A stretch of DNA of 64,000 nucleotides. Origin: Planctomycetota bacterium. GTDB lineage: Bacteria > Planctomycetota > UBA1135 > UBA2386. The translations under genes were made by a program, and so were the position numbers. Positions 26,999 to 35,346 of the stretch are shown here, one piece after another. Position 1 is the stretch's first letter. Every line of letters starts with the position of its first letter. The notes under the pieces were generated by a model. It saw nothing but the letters and a program-made list of their open reading frames with translations, was not told the origin of the DNA and did no database searches. Location of the stretch: NCBI GenBank assembly GCA_050245995.1, contig JBFWWV010000004.1:234104-298103 (forward strand), read 5' to 3'.

Positions 26999-28051
26999 TC
27001 AGCGCTTCTTGCCGTGCCGCGGGCAGGCGCGGTCGCCGGCCTGGCAGGCGCCGCAGCTGCGGTTGTAGCCGAGCTTGCCGCCGTCCTTGAGCTCGTCGGC
27101 GAGCTCCTTGGCGCGCTTGCCGGCGCGGGTGCTGCGCTGGCGCGACGACAGCTTCTTGAGCTCGCCGTAGGCGTCGTCGTAGTCGCGGCGCTCGACCAGC
27201 TGCAGCAGCTCGGCGAGCTGCTTGCCGGCGTCGATCTCGCGGGCGATCTTCTTGTCGGCGAGCAGCTCCGCGAGTCGCGCGGCGGCCTCCTCGGCGCGCG
27301 GCACGCCGTCGTAGCCGCCGTTGGCGACCGCGTCGAGCTGCGTCCACGCCAGGTGGTAGTCCTCGTCGGTCACGGCGGTGGCGGCGCCGTCGAGCGAGCT
27401 GCCGACCAGATCGGTCATGCGCGCCATGCGATCCCGCGCCTGCGCGGCCGCGGCCTCGGACAGCCCGCCGCCGTCGAGCAGCTCCTGCGCCTTCCGGAAG
27501 GCCGCGCCGGGCTTGCCGGTGCGTTGCAGCTCGGCGACCTCCTCGAGGCCCGCGGCGACGTTGGCCGGCCGCGCGCCCTCGAGCGTCTTCTCGATCAGCG
27601 ACTCCTCGAGCTCCGCGGGGTGCCCGGCGAAGCGGACGATGCCCTCGGCGTCGACGAGGACGCACGCTGGGATGCCGCGGTGGTCATAGCCCGACTCCCA
27701 GGAGCCGATCGCGACCGGGTAGATCATGTCGGGCGTCTTGTCGAGGAACGCCTGCAGTGCCTTCTTGGTGCCGCCGGTCACACCGACGACCACCAGACCC
27801 CGGTCGAACATGCGCTCGTGCAGCGAGCGCAGGTGCGGGATCTGGTGCATGCACGGCACTCAATGGTCGCCCCAGAACTCGATCAGTACGGCCGAGCCGC
27901 GCAGGTCGCTGAGCTTCTCGTCGGCGAAGCCGTCGAAGTGGAACGTCTCCAGGAACGTGATCTCGGCGGCAGGCTTGCCGACCTTCTGGGCCGGCAGCAT
28001 CGCGACCAGGTTGGTCGCCAGCAGCAGCCCGAACGGAACTCGCATCGTCAT
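26999..28051 (-). CDS. TlpA/ResA-like thioredoxin-fold thiol:disulfide oxidoreductase with in-frame TGA (putative selenocysteine) in the active-site UxxC motif
   Basis: Two track ORFs are contiguous in one frame and separated only by TGA at 27860..27862: 27860..28075 (ending ...AVLIEFWGDH) and 26999..27859 (starting V-PCMHQIPHLRSL...GLVVVGVT). The joined sequence FWGDH-U-VPC aligns with the canonical FWATWCGPC...GL.VVGV of the Cys paralogue at 41731..42915. Start at M9, with GGAGG 6 nt upstream of ATGACGATG. Signal peptide MTMRVPFGLLLATNLVAMLPAQ. Stable hairpin GCGCUCG-CUGCA-CGAGCGC about 30 nt downstream of the UGA (SECIS-like). C-terminal helical extension ends in CGACQAGDRACPRHGKKR. Confidence 0.7.
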
Positions 28052-28184
28052 CGGTCTCCTCCGGAGGTCCGACACGATAGCGCCGCGCGGGCCCGGCGAC
28101 AGCGGGGGAGGGCCGGTCCGGCGTCCCGGGACGATTCCTTCACGATCGCCTGGCCGAGCGCTGCCGTGACCCGCGCCCGACCGG

Positions 28185-30419
28185 TCAGCGGATCACGGTC
28201 ACCAGGTCGACCAGCCCGACGTCCACGAACTGTCCGCCGCCGGTCTGCCGGCAGCGCACCGCCAGGACGTGCCGCCCTGGCGTCAGCAGCTCGTTCGCCC
28301 GGGCGCCGTCGACCGGCAGGTAGCCGTAGCCGGTGGTGTAGCCCGTCGCGGCCGCGATCGGGCGGCCGTCGACGAACACCTCGACGTCCTCGTCGTGGTG
28401 GATCGACCAGAACGGGTCCTGCAGCGGCCCGAGGGGCACCGAGATCTCGCGGCGCAGCCAGATCGCGCCGGTGTTCCACTCGGTGCCGACGCGCGCGCCG
28501 GGGGTGCCCTCGGTGCCGAAGCCGCCGTCGCCCTCCTGCCACCCGGAGTCGTCGAAGTCGGCCGCGGCCCAGTCGGCTGCCGGCTCGTGGGTGGTCCAGC
28601 GCCACCGCTGCGGCCCCTGCTGCGCGTTCGGGACGATCACGCGCAGCTGGCCGGGACCGCGGTAGAGCCGCCGCGTCAGGTCGCGCACCGGTTCGGCGCG
28701 GATCTTCTCCACTGCGCGGTCGTACGTCAGCCAGCCGTTGACCTCGACCTCGACGTCGGTGGTCTGGGTGTAGACCGCGGCGCTGAGGCCCTGCGCGATC
28801 AACGGGCGCAGCTGCACGAGCTGGCGCGCGTAGGCCGCGGTCAGCGCCGCCTCGTCGGCGTACGTCACGTAGCCCCAGTTGTCCTTGTCGACCCAGGTGT
28901 GGCCCGCGATCGGCAGGCCGAGGCCGCCGTACTCGCCGAGCACCGACGCCCGCGCGGCCTCGGCCTCGGCCATCGACGGGCCGGGATAGCTGTGGATGTC
29001 GATCACGTCGCCGCACGCCTGGTCGGTCCAGCCGCTGGCGTTGTTCACCCAGCGCGTCGGGTCCAGTTCGCGCACGAGGTCGACGTAGCGCGCGGTGTCG
29101 TGCTGGCCCCAGCCCTCGTTGAACACCACCCACATCGCGATCGACGGGTGCCGGCGGTGCGTCGCGATCAGCGCGCGCAGCTCGCGCTCGTAGGTGGCCG
29201 GGTCCTTCTGCAGGTCGCCCGACGGCATGTCCTGCCACACGAGGATGCCGCGGCGGTCGCACTCGGCGTAGTACTGCTCGCACTCGACCTTCACGTGCTT
29301 GCGCAGCATGTTGCAGCCGCGCGCCTGGATCGCGTCGAGGTCGAACACCATCGCCGCGAACGTCGGCGGCGTGTAGATGCCGTCGGGCCAGTAGCCCTGG
29401 TCGAGCGGGCCGAACTGGAACAGCGGCAGGCCGTTCAGGTGCAGCCGCGTCGTGCCGCGGTGGTCCTTGGCGACCGTCAGCTCGCGGAACGCGAGGTAGG
29501 TCGACACGGTGTCGATGGCGGTGCCGCCGCGCCGCAGTTCGACGCGCGCCGGGTACAGCCGCGGGTGGTCGGGGTGCCAGGCCTCGAACCGATCGGCCGG
29601 CACGGTGACGCGCAGCGGCGAGCCGATGGCGGCGGTCACCGGATCGAACGACGCCGCGTCGCCGCGCGTGTCGTCGTGCACCGACAGCACGGTCAGCGTG
29701 TCGCCGGGCTCTTGGCCGTCGACCTCGACGTGCACCGTGGCGGTGCGCGGACCGAGTTCGACCGTGTAGTGCAGGTCGCGCACGAACGCAGTCGGCAGCG
29801 GCTCCAGCCACACCGTCTGCCAGATGCCCGAGCACGGCGTGTACCAGATGCCGTGCGGGTTGAGGATCTGCTTGCCGCGCGGCTGCGGGCCGTCGCTGCT
29901 GGGGTCGCGCACCGCGACCACGACCGTGTGCTCGCCGTCGCCGCGCAGCGCCGTGGTGATCTCGAACGAGAACGGGTCGTAGCCACCGGCGTGCTCGCCG
30001 ACCGGCGTGCCGTCGATCCAGACCTCGCACTGCCAGTCGACCGCGCCGAAGTGCAGCATCCAGCGCGCGGCAGGCTGCGTGCCGAGCGCGAACGTGCGCC
30101 GGTACCACAGCCGCTGGTCGGGCCGCAGCACCGCGCCGACGCCCGACAGCGCCGACTCGAGCGGATACGGGACCAGGATGCTGCCGGCGAAGGTCTCGGG
30201 CCGCTGCCCGTCGCCGTCGGTGATCGCATGGTCCCAGGCGCCGTTCAGCGAGCGCCACGCCGCGCGCTGCAGCGTCGGCCGCGGGTACTCCGGCCACGGC
30301 GCCGCGCGGTCGACCTCGTCGGCCCACCTCGTGCGCAGCGTCGGCGGCGCGGGATCCTGGGCCGTGACCTGTGCGCCGAGGGCGGCGCCGAGCAGTGCTG
30401 CGATCGAGACGCGATGCAT
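28185..30419 (-). CDS. glycoside hydrolase family 2 protein (beta-galactosidase/beta-mannosidase/beta-glucuronidase-like), secreted
   Basis: 744 aa. Signal peptide MHRVSIAALLGAALGAQVTAQD. GH2 sugar-binding, Ig-like and TIM-barrel regions with the catalytic acid/base context WVVFNEGWGQHD. Confidence 0.85.
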   Translation of the reverse strand: MHRVSIAALLGAALGAQVTAQDPAPPTLRTRWADEVDRAAPWPEYPRPTLQRAAWRSLNGAWDHAITDGDGQRPETFAGSILVPYPLESALSGVGAVLRPDQRLWYRRTFALGTQPAARWMLHFGAVDWQCEVWIDGTPVGEHAGGYDPFSFEITTALRGDGEHTVVVAVRDPSSDGPQPRGKQILNPHGIWYTPCSGIWQTVWLEPLPTAFVRDLHYTVELGPRTATVHVEVDGQEPGDTLTVLSVHDDTRGDAASFDPVTAAIGSPLRVTVPADRFEAWHPDHPRLYPARVELRRGGTAIDTVSTYLAFRELTVAKDHRGTTRLHLNGLPLFQFGPLDQGYWPDGIYTPPTFAAMVFDLDAIQARGCNMLRKHVKVECEQYYAECDRRGILVWQDMPSGDLQKDPATYERELRALIATHRRHPSIAMWVVFNEGWGQHDTARYVDLVRELDPTRWVNNASGWTDQACGDVIDIHSYPGPSMAEAEAARASVLGEYGGLGLPIAGHTWVDKDNWGYVTYADEAALTAAYARQLVQLRPLIAQGLSAAVYTQTTDVEVEVNGWLTYDRAVEKIRAEPVRDLTRRLYRGPGQLRVIVPNAQQGPQRWRWTTHEPAADWAAADFDDSGWQEGDGGFGTEGTPGARVGTEWNTGAIWLRREISVPLGPLQDPFWSIHHDEDVEVFVDGRPIAAATGYTTGYGYLPVDGARANELLTPGRHVLAVRCRQTGGGQFVDVGLVDLVTVIR

Positions 30420-30487
30420 GCGCGCATCATGGCGCGCGCGTCCGACGAAGCAGGCATGCGAATGCGAGAACGCGACGAGCCGGTGGG

Positions 30488-30516
30488 TTGACAGTCTGCG
30501 TATGCTCGCTATGGTG
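30488..30516 (+). promoter_or_regulatory. near-consensus sigma70-type promoter (TTGACA-N16-TATGGT)
   Basis: TTGACA at 30488, then a 16-nt spacer, then TATGGT. No annotated CDS lies downstream for ~900 bp; the region contains the hairpin, mini-ORF and tRNA-like element. Confidence 0.4.
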
Positions 30517-30678
30517 CGCCGCCCGCTGAAGAACGGCGGCCCAATCCGAGCACGAGCATGAACCTCTCCTATCGCGAACCCGGCATTGCGAGCCTGCGAC
30601 TGCTGTCGCGGTCCTCGGTGCGCGCACCCGCGGTGGGGCGATCCGGATAGAAGGGCCAGGCGCGCCCTTCGGTCGCAC

Positions 30679-30713
30679 GGAGAGCCTCGCCGGGTCGCCC
30701 GGCGAGGCTCTCT
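30679..30713 (+). other. 15–16-bp perfect-stem hairpin (GGAGAGCCTCGCCGGG-TCG-CCCGGCGAGGCTCTCT)
   Basis: Direct inspection. Only a partial U-tract follows (CUCUCUGCGUUGG). Could be the terminator of an sRNA started at the upstream promoter, or a regulatory/REP-like structure. Confidence 0.5.
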
Positions 30714-30773
30714 GCGTTGGTGGCCTGCTCATTCCGCATTCGCGCGCGCGGCGCGCACCCAGGAGGAAGATCG

Positions 30774-30815
30774 ATGAACGAACTGCACCCATTGGACAAC
30801 CAGACTTCGGTGTGA
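30774..30815 (+). other. 13-codon mini-ORF (MNELHPLDNQTSV) with perfect SD AGGAGG-N7-ATG
   Basis: AGGAGGAAGATCG-ATG. Too short to call a CDS with confidence. Candidate leader or micro-peptide upstream of the tRNA-like element. Confidence 0.3.
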
Positions 30816-30903
30816 TGCCGTCCGGCGGCGCGCCCGCGGCGGCCCTGCCGTCCCGCGCGCGCGTTCCGCGACCACGGGTTCGACCGGTGTCACGCGCGAT
30901 GTA

Positions 30904-30973
30904 CCGCGAGTAGCTCAGTGGCAGAGCACAGGACGACCTCCTGGGGTGGCGGGTTCGAATCCCGCCTCGCAGC
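30904..30973 (+). tRNA. tRNA-like element, probable tRNA pseudogene/remnant (canonical D-arm and T-arm, 5-nt anticodon loop)
   Basis: Acceptor CCGCGAG/CTCGCAG with one C·A mismatch. D-arm is UA GCUC AGUGGCA GAGC. T-arm is GCGGG UUCGAAU CCCGC. The anticodon arm CAGGA-CGACC-UCCUG has only a 5-nt loop (central GAC). The sequence was validated against the antisense track ORF 30890..31300 translation. Confidence 0.4.
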
Positions 30974-31441
30974 CGGACCTTGTCGGTCCATCCCTATTGG
31001 AAAGGGGCGCATCGCACGGGACCACCGCCGGGGACCGACCGGACGACCCGCCGTCCGTGCGCAATGACATTGCGCGCCGACTGCGAACCGACAGGACCGC
31101 TCTGCAGCCGTCTCCACGCGACCGTGCCTGTCACGGCGAGGGCCGCTGCTCCGTACCTCGCGAGGGTCCGCGCATTGTGCTCGAGATCGGGCGCGCGGGA
31201 TCGGGGAGGGCGGGGCGGCGCCTCGCCGCGATGCGCGGCCACAGGCGCGGCTCCGCGGCGCGTCGGGGTCGTCCCGAGGTCCGCCGGCGGTGGCGCCCAC
31301 TTCCGCCGGTCGTCCACACCACCAGCACGTGCCGCACTGCGCGGCAGATCACCGCCGTCGCGCGACCGGGAACGCGCGCGCCGGCGCCTTCGATTCCGTT
31401 CCCGAGACACCACGCGAAGCCCTCCGCGAGAGGAGGCACTC

Positions 31442-32560
31442 ATGTTCCGTACGCACATCCAGCAGAACGAGCTCGGACTCCTGTTCCGACGCGGCGACTT
31501 CCAGCGCGTGCTGGGCCCGGGCACCTGGGTCCTGCCGGGCGTCTGGTTCGGCCGCGACCGGCTCGAGATCGTCAACGTCCTCGACACGCGCTTCCGTCAC
31601 CGGCTGCTCGACCTCCTGGTCCGCACCGACGAGCTGCGCGAGCGGCTCGAGGTCGTCGACCTCGGCGAAGGTCAGCGCGCGCTGATCTGGCGCGACGGCC
31701 GCCTGTTCGACCTGGTCGGCAGCGGGCTGTTCGCCTACTGGCGCGCGCCCTACCGGCTGAAGGTCGAGACGTTCTCGGTCGACGACGTCCGCTTCGCCCA
31801 CCCGCAGCTCGACGCCGTGCTCGGCCTCGACGCCGCCCGCACGCAGCTGGCGGCCGTCGACGTCGCGCCGCACGAGCAGCTGCTGGTGCGGCGCGGCGGC
31901 GAGTCGTTCGCGACGCTGGGGCCGGGACGCCACGCGTTCTGGACCCGGGCCGGTTCGGTGACCTGGACGGCGGTGGACCTGCGCGAGCAGATCGCCGACG
32001 TCCAGGGCCAGGACGTCATGACCGCCGACAAGGTGACGCTGCGGCTGAACCTCGTCGTGTCGTGGCGGATCACCGACCCGGTGCTCGCGACCACGGTCGT
32101 CGACCGCGCCGGCCAGGCCGTCTACCGCGAGGCGCAGCTGGCGCTGCGCGCGGCGGTGGGCGGTCGGGCGCTCGACCAGCTGCTCGCCGACAAGGAGACC
32201 GTCGGTGCCGAGATCCGCACCGCCCTGCGCGGGCGTGCGGCGGAGTTCGGCGTCGCGATCGCCGCCGTCGGCGTGCGCGACCTCGTGCTGCCCGGCGAGA
32301 TGAAGACGATCCTGAACCAGGTCATCGAGGCCCAGAAGCAGGCGGAGGCCAACCTGATCCGTCGCCGCGAGGAGACCGCGGCGGCGCGTTCGCAGGCCAA
32401 CACCGCGCGGCTCCTGGCCGAGAACCCGGTGCTGCTCCGCATGAAGGAGCTCGAGGCGCTCGAGGGCATGCTCGCGGGCGCGAAGGTCACCTTCGTGGTG
32501 GGGCAGGGCGACCTCGGTCGTCAGGTGCGGGCACTCGCCCTCGGCGACGAGGACGGGTGA
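31442..32560 (+). CDS. SPFH/band-7 (stomatin/prohibitin-like) domain protein
   Basis: Real part of track ORF 30980..32560 from M155. SD GAGAGGAGG before ATG (MFRTHIQQNELGLLFRRGDF). SPFH core QDVMTADKVTLRLNLVVSWRI, followed by a coiled-coil C-terminal region. Confidence 0.85.
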   Translation: MFRTHIQQNELGLLFRRGDFQRVLGPGTWVLPGVWFGRDRLEIVNVLDTRFRHRLLDLLVRTDELRERLEVVDLGEGQRALIWRDGRLFDLVGSGLFAYWRAPYRLKVETFSVDDVRFAHPQLDAVLGLDAARTQLAAVDVAPHEQLLVRRGGESFATLGPGRHAFWTRAGSVTWTAVDLREQIADVQGQDVMTADKVTLRLNLVVSWRITDPVLATTVVDRAGQAVYREAQLALRAAVGGRALDQLLADKETVGAEIRTALRGRAAEFGVAIAAVGVRDLVLPGEMKTILNQVIEAQKQAEANLIRRREETAAARSQANTARLLAENPVLLRMKELEALEGMLAGAKVTFVVGQGDLGRQVRALALGDEDG

Positions 32561-32569
32561 CCCGCCCGC

Positions 32570-34234
32570 TCAGCGCGGGTCGTCGAGGCGGCGCAGCGCC
32601 GCCGCGGCGGCCTGCGTCGCCGCGTCGTCGGCACCGCGGTGCGTGCGCCGCAGGTCGAGCAACTCGGCCGCGAACGCGCGCGCCGCGGCGCGGTCGCGTT
32701 CGCCGAGCGCGGTGACCAGGCCGTCGAGGCAGCGCTCCTCGTCGCGCCAGCCGAGCCCGCGCGTGGTGCGGGTCTGCAGCAGCGCCGGCCGCAGCAGCAC
32801 CGCGGCGGTGTCGACCTCGCCGAGCTGCAGGTGCACGCGCGCCAGCGACAGCGCGAGCCGCGCCTGCGCCTCGGGCGCCTCGTCGAGGTCGGCGAGCCAG
32901 CGCGACGCACCGGCGGCGGCGCGACGGAGCGCGTCGGCGTCGGCGCCGGGGTCCGCGGCCAGCTGTTCGAGCAGCTGCGTCACCAGCTCGGCGGCCTGCA
33001 CCGCGCCGGCGTGCGCGCGCCAGGCGATGCGCTCGCTGCGCTCGACCTCGTCGAGGCTGTGCAGCGCGCCGAGCCAGCCGCCGAGCGGCAGGCACACCAG
33101 CGCCACGACCGCGGCGGTGCGCAGCGGCCGCCGCCGGGCCGCGCGCACCAGCCGGACCAACGGCCGTTCGCGCGCCGCCAGCGGCGGCCTGCCGTCGAGC
33201 CAGCGCCGCAGGTCGTCGGCGAGGTGGCGCGCCGACGCGTAGCGCTCGGTCGGCTCCTTGCGCAGGCAGCAGGCGGTGATGATCCACAGGTCCCCGGGCA
33301 TCGCCGCGGCCGGTCGCGGCGGCGCGTTCCGCACGGCGGCCTCCAGCGCGCGGCGGTCGTCGTCCGCGACCGCGTACGGGCCATGACCGGTCAGCAGCTC
33401 GCACAGCAGGACGCCCAGCGCGTAGACGTCGCTCCGGGTGGACACCGGCTCGCCGCGCACCTGCTCCGGGCTGGCGTAGCGCGGCGTGAACGGCGCGCGC
33501 GCGCCGGTGTCGGTGTGGCCCGGATCGGCGTCGCGGTCGAGCAGCTTGGCGACGCCGAAGTCGAGCACGCGCGGCGCGCCGTCGGCGCCGACCAGGATGT
33601 TGCTCGGCTTCAGGTCGCGGTGCACGACGAGGTGCGCGTGCGCGTGGTGCACCGCGTCGCACACGCGGGCCAGCAGCGCGACCCGCGCGCGCGCCGGCAG
33701 CCGGTGCTCGGCGCAGTGCGCGGTGAGCGGGGCGCCGTCGACCAGATCGGTGCGCAGCCACGGCCGGCCGTCGTCGAGGTGGCCGGCGGCGCGAACGCGG
33801 ATCAGGCCCGGGTGATCGAGCCCGCGCAGCACCTCGTGCTCGCGCGCGAACCGCGCGGCGACGTCGCCGGCGCCGAGGTCTCTGCGCAGCACCTTGATCG
33901 CCGCGCGGCAGCCGTCGGCGGCGACGCCGCGATACACCGTCGCCGAGCCGCCGCGGCCCAGCACGGCCTCGAGGCGGTGGCCGTCGACCACGGCGCCGAG
34001 GAGGTCCTCGCCATCGTCGTCGCCGGCAAGGAGGGTCTCGCCGAGCAGCGTCAGGGCGTCGCCGTCGAGCAGCGTCTCGGTGGCGCGGTCGGCGTCGAGC
34101 AGCGCGCGGACCTCGCGCGCCACGGCCGGCGGCGCGGCCCGCAGCGCCTGCTCGCATGTCGCCGGCGGCGCCGCGCACAGGGTCTCGAACAGCGCCTTGG
34201 CCTGTTCCCAGCGGTGCTCGGCGGCCTCAGTCAT
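32570..34234 (-). CDS. serine/threonine protein kinase with C-terminal TM and extracytoplasmic/TPR-like domain
   Basis: Real part of track ORF 32570..34813 from M194 (MTEAAEHRWEQAKALF). Hanks kinase motifs: ATP-binding site LGRGGSATVYRGV, lysine AIKVL, catalytic loop HRDLKPSNILV, then DFG and APE. TM LRTAAVVALVCLPLGGWLGAL. Start overlaps the sigma gene stop by 8 nt. Confidence 0.85.
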   Translation of the reverse strand: MTEAAEHRWEQAKALFETLCAAPPATCEQALRAAPPAVAREVRALLDADRATETLLDGDALTLLGETLLAGDDDGEDLLGAVVDGHRLEAVLGRGGSATVYRGVAADGCRAAIKVLRRDLGAGDVAARFAREHEVLRGLDHPGLIRVRAAGHLDDGRPWLRTDLVDGAPLTAHCAEHRLPARARVALLARVCDAVHHAHAHLVVHRDLKPSNILVGADGAPRVLDFGVAKLLDRDADPGHTDTGARAPFTPRYASPEQVRGEPVSTRSDVYALGVLLCELLTGHGPYAVADDDRRALEAAVRNAPPRPAAAMPGDLWIITACCLRKEPTERYASARHLADDLRRWLDGRPPLAARERPLVRLVRAARRRPLRTAAVVALVCLPLGGWLGALHSLDEVERSERIAWRAHAGAVQAAELVTQLLEQLAADPGADADALRRAAAGASRWLADLDEAPEAQARLALSLARVHLQLGEVDTAAVLLRPALLQTRTTRGLGWRDEERCLDGLVTALGERDRAAARAFAAELLDLRRTHRGADDAATQAAAAALRRLDDPR

Positions 34235-34793
34235 GGTCGAGCTCCCGCTGCAGGAACGCGCGCGCCGTGCGCCAGCCGCGCTTGATCGTCGCCGTCGACA
34301 CGCCGAGCGCTGTGGCGGTGTCGTCGACGCCGAGGCCGGCCAGGAAGCGCAGCTCGACGATCCGGTGCAGCGCGGGGTCGACGCGCTGCAGCCGTTCGAG
34401 CGCCGCGTCGAGCCGCAGCACGCGGTCGTCGCGCGCCGCGTCGTCGCCCGGCGCCTGCTCCGCGGCCGCGGCCAGCGCCGCGCTGCGCGCGCGCCGGCGG
34501 CGGGCGCCGTCGACCAGCGCGCGCCGCATGACGGTCGCCACCAGCGCGAAGAACTGCGCGCCGTCCGCGCAGTCCGGCGCAGCGCCCCGCAGCCGCACGA
34601 ACGCGTCGTGCACCAGCGCCGTCGGCGAGAGCGTGTGCCCGGCGCCCTCCTGCGCCAGCCGCCGCCGCGCCAGCGCACGCAGCTCCTGGTGCAGCCGCGC
34701 GAACAGCTCGCCGTGCGCCGTCGCCGACCCGGCGCGCCAGGCGCGCAGCAGTTCGGGCACGGAGCGCCCGGCGGTGGGGGTCGTCGTCGCCAT
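34227..34793 (-). CDS. ECF-subfamily RNA polymerase sigma-70 factor
   Basis: Real part of track ORF 34227..35063 from M91 (MATTTPTAGRSVPELLRAW). Sigma2 region ELFARLHQELRALARRRL...ALVHDAFVRL. Sigma4 VELRFLAGLGVDDTATALGVSTATIKRGWRTARAFL. Confidence 0.85.
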   Translation of the reverse strand: MATTTPTAGRSVPELLRAWRAGSATAHGELFARLHQELRALARRRLAQEGAGHTLSPTALVHDAFVRLRGAAPDCADGAQFFALVATVMRRALVDGARRRRARSAALAAAAEQAPGDDAARDDRVLRLDAALERLQRVDPALHRIVELRFLAGLGVDDTATALGVSTATIKRGWRTARAFLQRELDHD

Positions 34794-34858
34794 CGGCGGC
34801 GCGAGCGTAGCACGAAGGCCGCGGGGCGAGGAGCCGCCCGCCGCCGCCAGGGGGCGCG

Positions 34859-35206
34859 TCAGCCGCCGGTCCGCACGGCGGCGGCCGCCGCGGTGAGTTC
34901 GGCGAACGACATGCCGTGCAGGCGCTCGCGCAGCGCGCGCTGCACCGCGTCGCCGTCTCCGCGCCGCGCCGCCGCCGCGCACGCGTCGCGCGACACCAGC
35001 AGGCACGCGTCGGCGAACTCGGCCTGCTGGCGGTTCGTCAGGGCGTCCTTGATGCGGCGGCACGTCGCGGCGAACGACGCTTCGCTGCGACCGTCGATGC
35101 GCGGCACGCCGTCGTCGGGCAACGGTCCCAGGGCGGCATCACAGCCGGTGCACACGGCGAGCGCGGCCAGCGCAGCGCGAAGCTGCGGGCGGAGGAGGCG
35201 GGCCAT
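34859..35206 (-). CDS. small secreted/lipoprotein-like hypothetical protein (115 aa)
   Basis: Track ORF 34859..35236, ATG at M11: MARLLRPQLRAALAALAVCTGC. Six Cys. Immediately upstream of the ECF sigma and STK genes on the same strand. Confidence 0.45.
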   Translation of the reverse strand: MARLLRPQLRAALAALAVCTGCDAALGPLPDDGVPRIDGRSEASFAATCRRIKDALTNRQQAEFADACLLVSRDACAAAARRGDGDAVQRALRERLHGMSFAELTAAAAAVRTGG

Positions 35207-35346
35207 GGGGCAGCATCGGCGTGGCGCGGGCGGCACCTGGAGGCGACGCCGCGGCTGCGCCTGCGGCCGCCGGGAAGGCCGCGATTCTCCAGAACGTTGA
35301 TCCCGCGCGCGGTCGCCGTTCGCTCGGCGCAGCGGAGCCCCGCTGC

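Noticed and set aside
28048-30491. ORFs 28048..30327 (−, other frame) and 28269..30491 (+)
   Set aside because: Overlap the well-supported GH2 gene (28185..30419, −). Arg-rich noise.
30558-30650. 30-codon ORF MNLSYREPGIASLRLLSRSSVRAPAVGRSG downstream of the predicted promoter
   Set aside because: No SD and no sequence features. Likely non-coding leader sequence. Retained only as part of the sRNA-like locus finding.
30904-30973. Calling this a functional tRNA gene
   Set aside because: The anticodon loop is 5 nt instead of 7 and lacks U33. There is a C·A acceptor mismatch. The total length is 2 nt short. Reported instead as a tRNA-like pseudogene/remnant.
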